From assembly GCA_035546815.1 (NCBI GenBank), contig DASZWB010000001.1, positions 20,667 to 84,666 on the forward strand: a DNA stretch of 64,000 nt, given 5' to 3'. Position 1 is the stretch's first letter. Every line of letters begins with the position of its first letter. This document shows positions 1 through 8,858 of the stretch, in pieces. The notes beneath the pieces were generated by a model. That model was not told the origin of the DNA. It ran no database searches and saw only the letters and a list, made by a program, of their open reading frames with translations. The position numbers and the translations under genes are program-made. This DNA comes from Candidatus Saccharimonadales bacterium (GTDB lineage Bacteria > Patescibacteriota > Saccharimonadia > Saccharimonadales > UBA4665).

Positions 1-226
1 CCAGCGCGTCAATGGCTTTGGCCAGCTCGCGGTCTTTCTCGGTGATGGCTTTATCGCCCTCGTGCGTGATCAGCCAGATCTGCACCACGTTCCACTCGTT
101 TTCCCAGCGCGGATGGTGCTGGAATTCCTCGGCCAGCCGGGCCACCTTCTCCATAAAGGCCCAGGCCTGCTTGAAATCGTCAAAATTGAACTGTTTGTAG
201 AGTCCGTGTTTGGTTTCTTGCCACAT
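1..226 (-). CDS. 4a-hydroxytetrahydrobiopterin (pterin-4a-carbinolamine) dehydratase, C-terminus cut by window edge
   Basis: Absent from the ORF track because the stop lies off-window. Reverse translation from ATG at 224-226 gives MWQETKHGLYKQFNFDDFKQAWAFMEKVARLAEEFQHHPRWENEWNVVQIWLITHEG..., which matches the PCD/DCoH family core (HHP..W, L.TH). Confidence 0.75.
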   Translation of the reverse strand, partial: MWQETKHGLYKQFNFDDFKQAWAFMEKVARLAEEFQHHPRWENEWNVVQIWLITHEGDKAITEKDRELAKAIDAL

Positions 227-303
227 GTGTCTCTATCGTAGCACGCCGGCCGGCCTAAGGATACTCGCCAGAACCCGCGCCGACGCTGTAAAATGGATAG
301 TCG

Positions 304-2565
304 ATGAACCGCGCATGGCAACTCGCACGAAATAAGCTCGGCTGGGAGAGCTGGCAGCTGCTGTACGTGCTGCTGAGCGTTAGCTGGCTGCTGGGGCCGA
401 GCCTGGACCGGCAGCTTTCGCATACCTCGACGTTCATCAGCGAGTTCGAGGATCCGGGGCGGCCGGGCTCGCTGCTGTTTCGGCTGTGCGATATTTCGGC
501 GGCGCTGGTGCTGGCACTGGCGGTTGGGCTGCTGGTTTGGCGGCGGGCGCGGCTGGCGCACTCCACGACTTTTTGGCGGACCAGCGTGGTCTTGCTGGCT
601 ATTGTGGCTCTCGGCTCGCTAATTGATGATTTATTTCCCTCGGCCTGCCAGGCCGGCGCGCACTGCTTGATACCAGGCGGCCTGTCGCGCACGGTTCACA
701 CGGGCGAGTCAATCGGCACCACGCTGGCGCTGATTGGGCTGAACGTGGTGTGGGTCATCAAAAAAATGCCGTGGGCGCGCAGCGTGCTGTTTATTCAGCT
801 GGCCTGGGGGGCGCTCTTTATTTATGGCCAGCTCACCACGGGCAATACGAGCACGCTGGCGCAGTTTGCCTACCAGGTGGCGGTGACGCTGTGGGTGGCC
901 AGCGTGGTGCCGGCGCTGGCCGGCTGGCGGCGGCGCGTTGATCCTCGGCGGCAGCTGCGGCCGCTAATTCATTTGATTGCCGCCTGGGTGTTCGCCGGCG
1001 GCTTTTTGGCGATTGTGACTTCCATCCGCAACCTCGGCGAAATCAGTCATCGCAGCGCCGCTTACTTCGGTGACAACACCGCCTGGCTCAGCCAGCACGG
1101 CGTGGCGGTCGGCATCTTGCTGATGTATGTCAGCCGCCACCTCTGGCGCGGCGAATATCGGGCCTGGCAGCTGGTTTGCCTGCTGCTGTGGCTGGAAACA
1201 CTCAAATACGCCGCCATTACCCCTGATGGCGACCTGGTGCTGCTCTACGGACTAACGGCCTCGCTGCTGTTTGTGCTGCGGCCGCTGTTTGACCGCGTCA
1301 CCTCAGTGGAAGCCTTGCGCGAGCGGCTGAAAAAGCTGGCTTTTGTGGCCGCGGCGTTTGTGCTGGCCCTGATCGTCGGCGTGGTCGCTTTCCGCTACAA
1401 GCACCACCAGGACCTCGACAGCCTCAAGCTCAACTTCGGCCAGCTGAGCCGGCACTTTTTCCTGTTTGATGTCGTGAACGATCTCGGGCCAGTGCGCCGG
1501 CGGCTTCTGGGGCAGGTGCTAAATACCGCCGGCATCGCCCTTTTGCTAGCAATTTTGATTTCGCTGTTCCGGCCGCGCCAGCCGCTGCTCCAGCCGGCCA
1601 ACCAGCAGGGTCGCCAGCAGCTTTTGGAGCGCCTCGGCCGCTACAGCAACTCCACCGAGGATTACTTCAAATACTGGCCGCAGCCAAAGAGTTACTGGTG
1701 GAACGATGACCGCTCGGCGGTTGTGGCTTATCGGACGGTTGGCAACGTGGCCTTCGCGCTGGCTGATCCGGTGGCCGCCGACACCGCGCGCGGCGCGGCT
1801 ATCCAGGATTTCACGGAGTTTTGCCGCCGGCACGGCTGGCGCGCCTGCTTTTTGATGGTTTCCGAGGACAGCCACCGGCTCTATAAATCCGCCGGCTACA
1901 AATTGCTGCGGATCGGCGCCAGCGCCGTGGTCGACATCGAGACTTTCGCCGCCGAAACCGCCCGCAACAAGTGGTGGCGCTGGGTGCTGAACAAAGCCAA
2001 GCGCCAGGCGTGGGAGTATCAGCTGGCCGAGCCGCCGCACAGCCTGCGCCTGATCGCCGAGCTGCACCGCGTCTCAAACGCCTGGTTGCAGCGCCAAAAT
2101 CACCAAGAGCGCGGCTTTGCGCTGGGCTATTTTGACCGAAGTTATTTGCAGCAATGCCGGCTGCACCTGCTGCGGCGGGAGGGCCGCGTCATCGCCTTCG
2201 CCAACGAGCTGCCCGCCTACAACGGCCTGCCCGCCGCCACCATCGACCTGATGCGCTTCCTGCCGGAGTACAATCACGCCATGCCCGCCCTGCTGGCGCA
2301 CACCATTCAGCGGCTGCACCAAGAAGGTGCCAAGCGGCGGTTTGACCTCGGCTTTGTGCCGCTGGCCTCGCCGTCCGGCCGCGGCGAACAGCTTATAAAA
2401 GTGGTCGGCCAGCTGCTGATGAGCGAAGTCGTCTCCGCCCAAGGTCTCGAACAATTCAAGAATAAATTTGGCCCCACCTGGTGTGATAATTACATCGCCT
2501 TCGACGGCGACTGGATCGACCTGCTCCACATCACCCGCCAGCTGGACACACTACTTAAATTATAA
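304..2565 (+). CDS. Polytopic membrane protein with C-terminal aminoacyl-phosphatidylglycerol synthase (MprF/LysX C-terminal, DUF2156-type) domain
   Basis: 753-aa ORF. The N-terminal ~450 aa are hydrophobic and multi-TM. The C-terminal part (YFKYWPQPKSYWWNDDRSAVVAYRTVGNVAFALADPV...) resembles the MprF synthase domain. Confidence 0.6.
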   Translation: MNRAWQLARNKLGWESWQLLYVLLSVSWLLGPSLDRQLSHTSTFISEFEDPGRPGSLLFRLCDISAALVLALAVGLLVWRRARLAHSTTFWRTSVVLLAIVALGSLIDDLFPSACQAGAHCLIPGGLSRTVHTGESIGTTLALIGLNVVWVIKKMPWARSVLFIQLAWGALFIYGQLTTGNTSTLAQFAYQVAVTLWVASVVPALAGWRRRVDPRRQLRPLIHLIAAWVFAGGFLAIVTSIRNLGEISHRSAAYFGDNTAWLSQHGVAVGILLMYVSRHLWRGEYRAWQLVCLLLWLETLKYAAITPDGDLVLLYGLTASLLFVLRPLFDRVTSVEALRERLKKLAFVAAAFVLALIVGVVAFRYKHHQDLDSLKLNFGQLSRHFFLFDVVNDLGPVRRRLLGQVLNTAGIALLLAILISLFRPRQPLLQPANQQGRQQLLERLGRYSNSTEDYFKYWPQPKSYWWNDDRSAVVAYRTVGNVAFALADPVAADTARGAAIQDFTEFCRRHGWRACFLMVSEDSHRLYKSAGYKLLRIGASAVVDIETFAAETARNKWWRWVLNKAKRQAWEYQLAEPPHSLRLIAELHRVSNAWLQRQNHQERGFALGYFDRSYLQQCRLHLLRREGRVIAFANELPAYNGLPAATIDLMRFLPEYNHAMPALLAHTIQRLHQEGAKRRFDLGFVPLASPSGRGEQLIKVVGQLLMSEVVSAQGLEQFKNKFGPTWCDNYIAFDGDWIDLLHITRQLDTLLKL

Positions 2566-2608
2566 GTTCTTCCTCAATCTGACCCGCCGAAAAGCTATCT
2601 TTGGAAAG

Positions 2609-3490
2609 TTACTTGTTTTTCGAGTTCAGCGACGTAAGAATACTCTGGACCTCACCTTGGTGGTCGGCGAGATTAAAGACAGGCGAGGTCATCCCTTGAG
2701 AATTGACAGTGAAATTCTCATTTATTATAACTACGAAAAAAGCCTGGGCCTTTTGGCTGGTGAATACCGCTACGTAGCTCAGTACCGTGTTTGGATCATT
2801 GTCGGCGTTAATTGCACAAACGTTGACATTCGTACCCAGATTGGGCAGATACTCGCTGAACCCCATGGTTAGGCCCGATCCAGCGCAGTTATTATAGGTG
2901 CTTAAGAGTTGTTTGCCGGCGTCGGTGTTGGCCGTCGCCAGCGGATCCGCGTCAATGCGCATAGCTACGTAGGTTTTGCCATCGATAGTAGGTGATATCA
3001 GGCTGGTCTGTGCCGCTGCTGGCGATTGTCCCGGCGGAGTATACGGTGTATATGGGGCAATCTTGGAGCCACGGAAGAACTTAACAGTACAGACGTGGGT
3101 CTTGCAGATAGGATAGTTGTACGTTGTAAGCTTTTGCCTAAAAATAGTAGCCCGCAAATTTTGATTAGTTGCCAAGACCGCCCCTATCGCCGCTAATACT
3201 ATTATCAGCAAAGCTCCTTTTATTAACTTTCTCCAAGGTGGGCGGTGTGTTTTTTGGGACAGATTCGGAGGGCTTGTAATTGAGGTTACCGCCGGTGGAG
3301 GAGTAGCGGGTATCGCAGAAGTCGCAGGTGATGCCCCTGGATCGGGTACAAGATTAGGGTCTGTAGGTTGGATAACTTTCATGCCGCCAGTCGCATTCTC
3401 CGAGGTCGCGCTAATTTGGGGAGTTACAGTAGGCTGGTCAGCTTCTACCGGCTTGTCAGGCGTATCGTTCGGGCTTTGTTCGGGTTGCAT
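2609..3490 (-). CDS. Hypothetical membrane-anchored exported protein (Pro/Thr-rich N-terminus, one TM)
   Basis: 293-aa ORF with a low-complexity P/T/S-rich head, a TM segment (ALLIIVLAAIGAVLA) and a globular C-terminal part. I recognise no family. Confidence 0.45.
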   Translation of the reverse strand: MQPEQSPNDTPDKPVEADQPTVTPQISATSENATGGMKVIQPTDPNLVPDPGASPATSAIPATPPPAVTSITSPPNLSQKTHRPPWRKLIKGALLIIVLAAIGAVLATNQNLRATIFRQKLTTYNYPICKTHVCTVKFFRGSKIAPYTPYTPPGQSPAAAQTSLISPTIDGKTYVAMRIDADPLATANTDAGKQLLSTYNNCAGSGLTMGFSEYLPNLGTNVNVCAINADNDPNTVLSYVAVFTSQKAQAFFVVIINENFTVNSQGMTSPVFNLADHQGEVQSILTSLNSKNK

Positions 3491-3614
3491 GTAATTTATT
3501 TATCTTGGTCCTAGTATGGCCAATTCTAAGTCTTTTCAAGGATTAGCGCAATGTCAGCTACTTTGGCTGTAATGACAGACGCAGGTCCTATCTAGTGTAT
3601 AATTTTACGGTGTT

Positions 3615-3690
3615 CGGGGTGTGGCGCAGTTGGTAGCGCGTACGGCTGGGGGCCGTGAGGTCGCAGGTTCAAGTCCTGTCACCCCGACCA
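3615..3690 (+). tRNA. tRNA-Pro (anticodon GGG)
   Basis: Hand-folded cloverleaf: acceptor CGGGGTG/CACCCCG, anticodon stem TACGG/CCGTG, loop CTGGGGG, T-arm GCAGG-TTCAAGT-CCTGT, encoded CCA. Confidence 0.9.
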
Positions 3691-3704
3691 GCATGATGAA
3701 AAGT

Positions 3705-3735
3705 AAAAACTCGAGCCTGTGAGCTCGAGTTTTTA
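3705..3735 (+). terminator. Rho-independent terminator after tRNA-Pro
   Basis: Stem CTCGAGC / GCTCGAG (3710-3716 / 3723-3729) followed by TTTTT. Confidence 0.7.
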
Positions 3736-3900
3736 GGAGTCGGGGCCGGGTTGATCACCTGAGGTTTCCCAGGTGGGTGCCCGCACTTGCCGGCCACGGC
3801 CGACAAAAATATTAGGCTCCCTGAATGATAGTATCAGATAATCATTCGCCCGGCGTAAGAGCTGAAAGCTCCCCGACTTACTCTTATTATACCGCTCGGC

Positions 3901-4530
3901 TCAGCCCAGGAAAAGCTGGATGAACCAGGTTTCGATGTTAATAATTGGCCCGGAAATAAACTGAAAAATCAGCAAGATAAAGACCAGGATGGCCAGGAAG
4001 CCGGCGCTTTCAATCTGGCGCATCACGTCCTGCAGCGGCTCCGGCGCAAAGGCGTACAGCAGGCGCGAGCCGTCGAGCGGCGGGAACGGAATCATGTTAA
4101 AAACAAAGAACGCCACGTTGACTTCTACAAAAATAACCACCGCGTTATAGAGATTTTCGCTGAGGCTCGGCCCGAGCGCGTGGAATGCCAGCGCGCCCAG
4201 TCCGGCCAGCGCCAGATTGGTCAGCGGGCCGGAGACGCCGATTAGCGCCGCGCCGTACTCGTCCCACTTCACGCGGTCGGGATTGAACGGCACCGGCTTG
4301 GCGGCAAAAAACGGCGGCAGGCCGCTGATAATCAGGATCATCGGCAGCAGCACCGTGGTCAGGCCGTCGATATGCTTGAGCGGATTGAGCGTCAGCCGGC
4401 CAGCCAGATAGGCGGTGTCGTCGCCCAGCCAATGCGCCACATAGCCGTGCATGGCCTCGTGGATGCCCATCGAAATAATAATCGACACCAAAATGGCCAC
4501 CAGCTGGAAGGCAGATAAGTCGCTGAACAT
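3901..4530 (-). CDS. Site-2 protease family (peptidase M50) membrane metalloprotease
   Basis: 209-aa multi-TM ORF with an HExxH motif (HEAMHGYVAHWLGDDTA) near the N-terminus, typical of small M50 proteins. Confidence 0.7.
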   Translation of the reverse strand: MFSDLSAFQLVAILVSIIISMGIHEAMHGYVAHWLGDDTAYLAGRLTLNPLKHIDGLTTVLLPMILIISGLPPFFAAKPVPFNPDRVKWDEYGAALIGVSGPLTNLALAGLGALAFHALGPSLSENLYNAVVIFVEVNVAFFVFNMIPFPPLDGSRLLYAFAPEPLQDVMRQIESAGFLAILVFILLIFQFISGPIINIETWFIQLFLG

Positions 4531-4600
4531 TACGACTTAGTATAACAGGCGTGCGGCGGCTGCGCTCCGGTCCTTCTCCTTCAGTGGTTGGCTCGTAGTG

Positions 4601-4657
4601 TGATATGTCATATATCATATACTTCAATCTGTTAGCCATATAATATATGATATACTC
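4601..4657. promoter_or_regulatory. AT-rich dyad element, copy 1 (TATATCATATA ... ATCTGTTA ... TATATGATATA)
   Basis: Lies in the divergent M50/rpmB spacer. Arms at 4611-4621 and 4644-4654 are reverse complements. An ungapped alignment to the reverse complement of 22280-22336 gives 49 of 57 matches, counted by hand. Confidence 0.5.
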
Positions 4658-4747
4658 GCCAATCGCGCTGTCAGAGCGGACAGGCGGGCTCATTGACTCA
4701 ACAACCGTTTTCGGCTACAATAACACCTTGAATATCTAGGATAACCT

Positions 4748-4972
4748 ATGCAGAAATGTGACATTACCGGCAAAGGCAAGCAGTACGGCCACAACGTGAG
4801 CTTCAGCCAGCGCCATACCAAAAAAGTCTGGAAGCCCAACCTCCAGAAGAAAACGCTCGTGGTCGACGGCAAAAAAGTCACCATGAAGCTCAGCACGCAG
4901 GCCATCCGCACCCTCAAGAAAAAGGGCCTGCTGACCCCTGTCGAAGTCAAAAAAGCCTCCAATTCCAAATAG
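4748..4972 (+). CDS. rpmB: 50S ribosomal protein L28
   Basis: 74-aa ORF MQKCDITGKGKQYGHNVSFSQRHTKKVWKPNLQKK..., a classical L28 sequence. Confidence 0.9.
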   Translation: MQKCDITGKGKQYGHNVSFSQRHTKKVWKPNLQKKTLVVDGKKVTMKLSTQAIRTLKKKGLLTPVEVKKASNSK

Positions 4973-4983
4973 GCGGCCGGCCC

Positions 4984-5613
4984 ATGCCAGCCCAGCATCA
5001 GACCGAACTACACTTGCCGTTCGAAGGCGAATGGCTGGTGTTCTGGGGCGGCGACACGCCGGAACTGAACCACCACCACGACAGCCAGGCAGAGAAATAC
5101 GCCTTTGACTTTGTGGTGACCGACGAGGGCGGCAACTTCTACCGTGATGGCGAACGGACCAACGAGGCTTCGCTCGCCTTTGGCCGGCCGATTCTCAGCC
5201 CGGCGGCTGGCACGGCCATCGAGACCGTCGACGGCGTCCGCGACAATCGGCCGGGCAGGCTTAACACCTACTCCATCCTCGGTAATTACGTCTTGATCAA
5301 GCACAATGAGGATGAGTTCTCCCTTTTGGCGCATCTTCGACAATACAGCCTGCAGGTTCAGGCTGGCGAACAAATCGAACAGGGCCAACTGCTCGCCCAG
5401 TGCGGCAACTCCGGCCGCTCAAGCGACGCCCACTTGCATTATCAGCTTCAGGATTTCGACGTCTTCGCCGAACTAAATACGAGCCACGAACAGCGCGCCC
5501 TGGCCCGCGGCATAAAAGCCTACTTCACGGATGTCCTGCTGGAGCGAAACGGCATCACCAAGCCCCGCCGGCAGTGCTCGCCCGTCAAAGACGACATTGT
5601 CAGCAACGCCTAA
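4984..5613 (+). CDS. M23 (LytM-type) family metallopeptidase
   Basis: C-terminal half LAHLRQYSLQVQAGEQIEQGQLLAQCGNSGRSSDAHLHYQL carries the M23 signature (G.SG.S..PHLH-like). No signal peptide is visible. Confidence 0.6.
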   Translation: MPAQHQTELHLPFEGEWLVFWGGDTPELNHHHDSQAEKYAFDFVVTDEGGNFYRDGERTNEASLAFGRPILSPAAGTAIETVDGVRDNRPGRLNTYSILGNYVLIKHNEDEFSLLAHLRQYSLQVQAGEQIEQGQLLAQCGNSGRSSDAHLHYQLQDFDVFAELNTSHEQRALARGIKAYFTDVLLERNGITKPRRQCSPVKDDIVSNA

Positions 5614-6233
5614 GCTGTTTCGAGTACGACCAGCTGCGTAACATCGGTCAATTCGCCTGGTTTGAGGCGCAATTTAGCGACGGTTTCTTTGGGCTCCATG
5701 GCCATTTCTTTGAGGGCGCTCGCCAGCGTTTGCTGCGGCATCGGGTACTTCAGGGATTTATCGTCATAATGCGTCGGCACGACCAGTTTCGGCTCGATGG
5801 CCTTGATGAGCTTCAGCGCGCCGACCGGATCGACCGTGTAGCCGTTGCCGCCCACCGGCACCACCAGCACGTCAATCATGCCGATGGCTTCCAGTTGCGC
5901 CTCGCTCAGCTCGGGGTAAATGTGACCGGTAAACAAAAAACTGGTTTCGCCGACCACCAGCTTGAACATGGTGGCCCGCATGGTGCCCGCCTCGTCCAGA
6001 TGCGCCCGCGCGGCGATACCAATGACGGAAATATCGGCCACTTCGTACTCGCCCGGACCGCTAAACACCAGGCGGCCGGCCGGCTGAGCTTTGGGCGGCA
6101 GCGTGCAGAGGCTGACGTCGTCCGGCTTGGTGACGCTTTTGGCGCCGAGTTCGGCCAGATTATCGTCGATGACGATGCGCGTGCCCTTCTGCGTCAAACT
6201 CAAACAATTCGCCCCGTAAAACTGTAAATCCAT
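5610..6233 (-). CDS. MBL-fold metallo-hydrolase
   Basis: 207-aa ORF MDLQFYGANCLSLTQKGTRIVIDD...VVPVGGNGYTVDP, resembling small UPF0173-like MBL-fold proteins. Its stop overlaps the convergent gene at 5610-5613. Confidence 0.55.
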   Translation of the reverse strand: MDLQFYGANCLSLTQKGTRIVIDDNLAELGAKSVTKPDDVSLCTLPPKAQPAGRLVFSGPGEYEVADISVIGIAARAHLDEAGTMRATMFKLVVGETSFLFTGHIYPELSEAQLEAIGMIDVLVVPVGGNGYTVDPVGALKLIKAIEPKLVVPTHYDDKSLKYPMPQQTLASALKEMAMEPKETVAKLRLKPGELTDVTQLVVLETA

Positions 6234-6234
6234 G

Positions 6235-6909
6235 TTACTCCTTACTTTTTTCTGATTTGGCGGCCGGTTTGGCGGCTACAGTCGGCCCGGCCGCGGTCGG
6301 CTCAACCGGCTTGCTCAACAGATGATGTTCGTCAACCAAAATCTGCTTTTTGGCCCGTTCCACCCCCACCGCAAAGCGGTCTTTGATGCCCTGGCGGTAC
6401 TGAAAATCAGTCAGACTCATCACGGCGTAGCGCAGGCTTTTGCCTTCTTGTTTTTCCAGCCGATCGACGTATTTTTTGAGCGCGTTTCGATTGACGTCGC
6501 CGACTACCAGAAAATCAATGCCGGCGCTGTCGTCGCGCGTAAACTGACCGGTGTACAGCGCCAGCTCCACGTGCCCGACAGCTTTCAGATCAGCCTCCGC
6601 CGCCTCGTCAGCGCCGTCCTCGGTCACCTTCTTTTTAGTAACCGATTTGTTAACGCCGCCGCCAAAAATCTCCTGCAGCGGCTTGTAATACTCAAATTTC
6701 TGATTCACTTCATAGTAGAGCCGGTTGTTGGTGTTTTCGGAAACGATGATGCCGATGTTGAGCAAATTGCTCAGCTCGCGCCGCACCGAATTGATCTGCT
6801 CGTCGATTTTGCGGGTGATTTCGCGCACGTAAAATGAGCGGTTCGGGCTGCTATAAAACAGCTGCAGCAGCTTGACCCTCGTCTTTGACCCAAAGAGTTG
6901 TTCAACCAT
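6235..6909 (-). CDS. Winged-helix (ArsR-like) DNA-binding protein
   Basis: The N-terminus LFGSKTRVKLLQLFYSSPNRSFYVREITRKIDEQINSVRRELSNLLNIGII looks like a wHTH. The tail is Lys/Ala-rich. Confidence 0.5.
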   Translation of the reverse strand: MVEQLFGSKTRVKLLQLFYSSPNRSFYVREITRKIDEQINSVRRELSNLLNIGIIVSENTNNRLYYEVNQKFEYYKPLQEIFGGGVNKSVTKKKVTEDGADEAAEADLKAVGHVELALYTGQFTRDDSAGIDFLVVGDVNRNALKKYVDRLEKQEGKSLRYAVMSLTDFQYRQGIKDRFAVGVERAKKQILVDEHHLLSKPVEPTAAGPTVAAKPAAKSEKSKE

Positions 6910-6945
6910 GATTCCATTGTAGCAAACGATGATGCAGGACGAAAT

Positions 6946-7860
6946 CTATTTACTCAAAAATGTTGTCACTTCTGCCACAACAGTAGGCCATTTTACAGGG
7001 GTAGAATACCAGTGAATACTATTATTACGTTTGAACCAGGTGCGTTGGCGTTTGGCCAAATCGAGCGTTGCTTTAATGATTTTTTGGCGGGTTTCTTCGC
7101 GATTTTGAGTGCCCCCGGCAAGGCCCGTGCTGCCCTCATCGGCGCCTTCAAAGTAGCCGCGCCACTGCGCGTAACCGACGCCTTTGAGCGCCTCGCACTG
7201 CCAGCCATAGCGCTCGGCCAGCTGGCGCACCTCCGTCTCCAGACCGGCCTTCAACATAGTGTCCACGCGCCGCTCAATCCGCTCTTTTAGCCGCTGCCGC
7301 TCGGTCTTAAGCCCGATGACTAAAGTGTTCGGCCGCAGCTGCTGCTTGTGCGGCCGTTGGCCGCCAGTCTCCAGCAACCTGATCAGCCGGCGCTTGTTGC
7401 GAACATCCACATCACCTGGCTCGATGCCCCGCTCCTTAACAGTGTTAAGGAGTTCCTGCGCGCTCAGACGATTGAACCTTTCGCGGTTGGCGCGGTCGCC
7501 GGCCGGCAAAAAGCCGTAATCGTACAGCACGCCGTCGATGTAGAGGCCGGTGCCACCAACCATAATCGGCAGTTTGCCGCGGGCAGCGATATCCTCGATG
7601 GCCGCCTGCGCCAACTCCTTAAAAACCGCCGCCGTAAAGTCTTCGCAGGGCCCCACCACGTCCAGCAAATGATGCGGCACGGCCGCCCGTTCGGCGGCGC
7701 TGGGCTTGGCCGTACCGATGTTAACCTCGCGTCGCGCCGTCCACGAATCAGCGCAAATCAGCTCGCCGTCAAACCGCTCGGCCAGCCTGAGCGCCAAGGC
7801 CGACTTGCCCGACGCTGTCTCGCCCACAATAACCAGTAGCGGCGGGCTCGCATCACTCAT
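6946..7860 (-). CDS. miaA: tRNA dimethylallyltransferase
   Basis: P-loop LLVIVGETASGKSALAL plus MiaA-like body. I place the start at the internal ATG (MSDASPPLL) rather than the 7929 start in the track, because the longer form would overlap the upstream gene. Confidence 0.85.
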   Translation of the reverse strand: MSDASPPLLVIVGETASGKSALALRLAERFDGELICADSWTARREVNIGTAKPSAAERAAVPHHLLDVVGPCEDFTAAVFKELAQAAIEDIAARGKLPIMVGGTGLYIDGVLYDYGFLPAGDRANRERFNRLSAQELLNTVKERGIEPGDVDVRNKRRLIRLLETGGQRPHKQQLRPNTLVIGLKTERQRLKERIERRVDTMLKAGLETEVRQLAERYGWQCEALKGVGYAQWRGYFEGADEGSTGLAGGTQNREETRQKIIKATLDLAKRQRTWFKRNNSIHWYSTPVKWPTVVAEVTTFLSK

Positions 7861-8248
7861 CGAATAAACTTGCCTGCGGGTCCGCAGCCGGCGCGGTGCC
7901 CGGCGGCCACCAGATGAGTCTATCGACATCGACCTGATAATTTTCGCTCACTGCGTAGCCCTCGCCTTCCAACACCTGCTTGTGCCCGCGCCGGCCGCCC
8001 GGATAGCCGGCCGCCAGGCCGCCCTGCTTGTTAACCACCCGCTGCCAGGGTAAATCCGGATCGCCAAAGTGCGCGATGCCGCCGACGATGCGCGCCGCCC
8101 GCGCGTTGCCGCACAGCGCCGCCAGCTGCCCGTACGTCATCACCCGCCCGCGCGGAATCTGCGCCACCAGCGCCTCCACCCGCCACCGAAATCCAGCCTC
8201 GCCGACGCCCGAGCCCGCACCCGACGCCGCCTCAAGCTCGTCCATCAA
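7853..8248 (-). CDS. Alkyltransferase-like (ATL) protein of the MGMT/Ogt DNA-binding-domain family, lacking the acceptor cysteine
   Basis: IPRGRVMTYGQLAALCGNARAARIVGG...PWQRVVNKQG. The canonical PCHRV active-site Cys is replaced by Trp (PWQRV), as in YbaZ/Atl1-type proteins. Confidence 0.7.
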   Translation of the reverse strand: MMDELEAASGAGSGVGEAGFRWRVEALVAQIPRGRVMTYGQLAALCGNARAARIVGGIAHFGDPDLPWQRVVNKQGGLAAGYPGGRRGHKQVLEGEGYAVSENYQVDVDRLIWWPPGTAPAADPQASLFDE

Positions 8249-8831
8249 AGTACTCCAAGACCGCCGCCCAATCCGCGCAGCGCGTCACGCCCGCCGGCAA
8301 TTCCTCGGCCTGATTCCAGGGGTAATCGCCAAACAACACTCCATCGATCCCCTGCTCCGCGCAAGTCTGGACATGCCCAAGCGAATCGTCAATCAAGGCG
8401 ACGGCGCCCACTTCGCGGCAGACAGCCGCCTTGGGCTTCGGCTGCTTCATCTCCAAATGATAACCAACGTGGACCAGCTTCGTGAAAATACCCTCAAAAT
8501 GGTCATTAATCCAACGGTGCGTATGACCGGTAAACTTGGGGTGTCTGGAGGTTACAATCGTTAGGTCGAAACGGTTGGCCAGCTGGCCAATCGCTTCTTT
8601 GGTCTCCGGCAACGGCTGGATATGGCCGTGATCGGCCTCGTTAAAAGCGTATACCCGCTTAACAGCCTCTTCTTGAGGAAGGCCGATGACCGACTGGAAA
8701 TCATAGCAGAAAAAGTCATCGGCAGTTAGGCCGCCGTCGTGAATAGCATTATCAAACTCTATGAACTCCGCCACAAACGGGAATAGCACTTCGTCAACGT
8801 CCACCGCAATAGTCTCTCGCGCCATGGTCAA
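8232..8831 (-). CDS. HAD-superfamily hydrolase (5'(3')-deoxyribonucleotidase-like)
   Basis: N-terminal DxDxV motif (IAVDVDEVLFPF) and size fit NT5C-like HAD phosphatases. It overlaps the ATL gene start by 17 nt, indicating an operon. Confidence 0.5.
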   Translation of the reverse strand: MTMARETIAVDVDEVLFPFVAEFIEFDNAIHDGGLTADDFFCYDFQSVIGLPQEEAVKRVYAFNEADHGHIQPLPETKEAIGQLANRFDLTIVTSRHPKFTGHTHRWINDHFEGIFTKLVHVGYHLEMKQPKPKAAVCREVGAVALIDDSLGHVQTCAEQGIDGVLFGDYPWNQAEELPAGVTRCADWAAVLEYFDGRA

Positions 8832-8858
8832 ATTATAGCAATCTCGCGCCGGATAACC

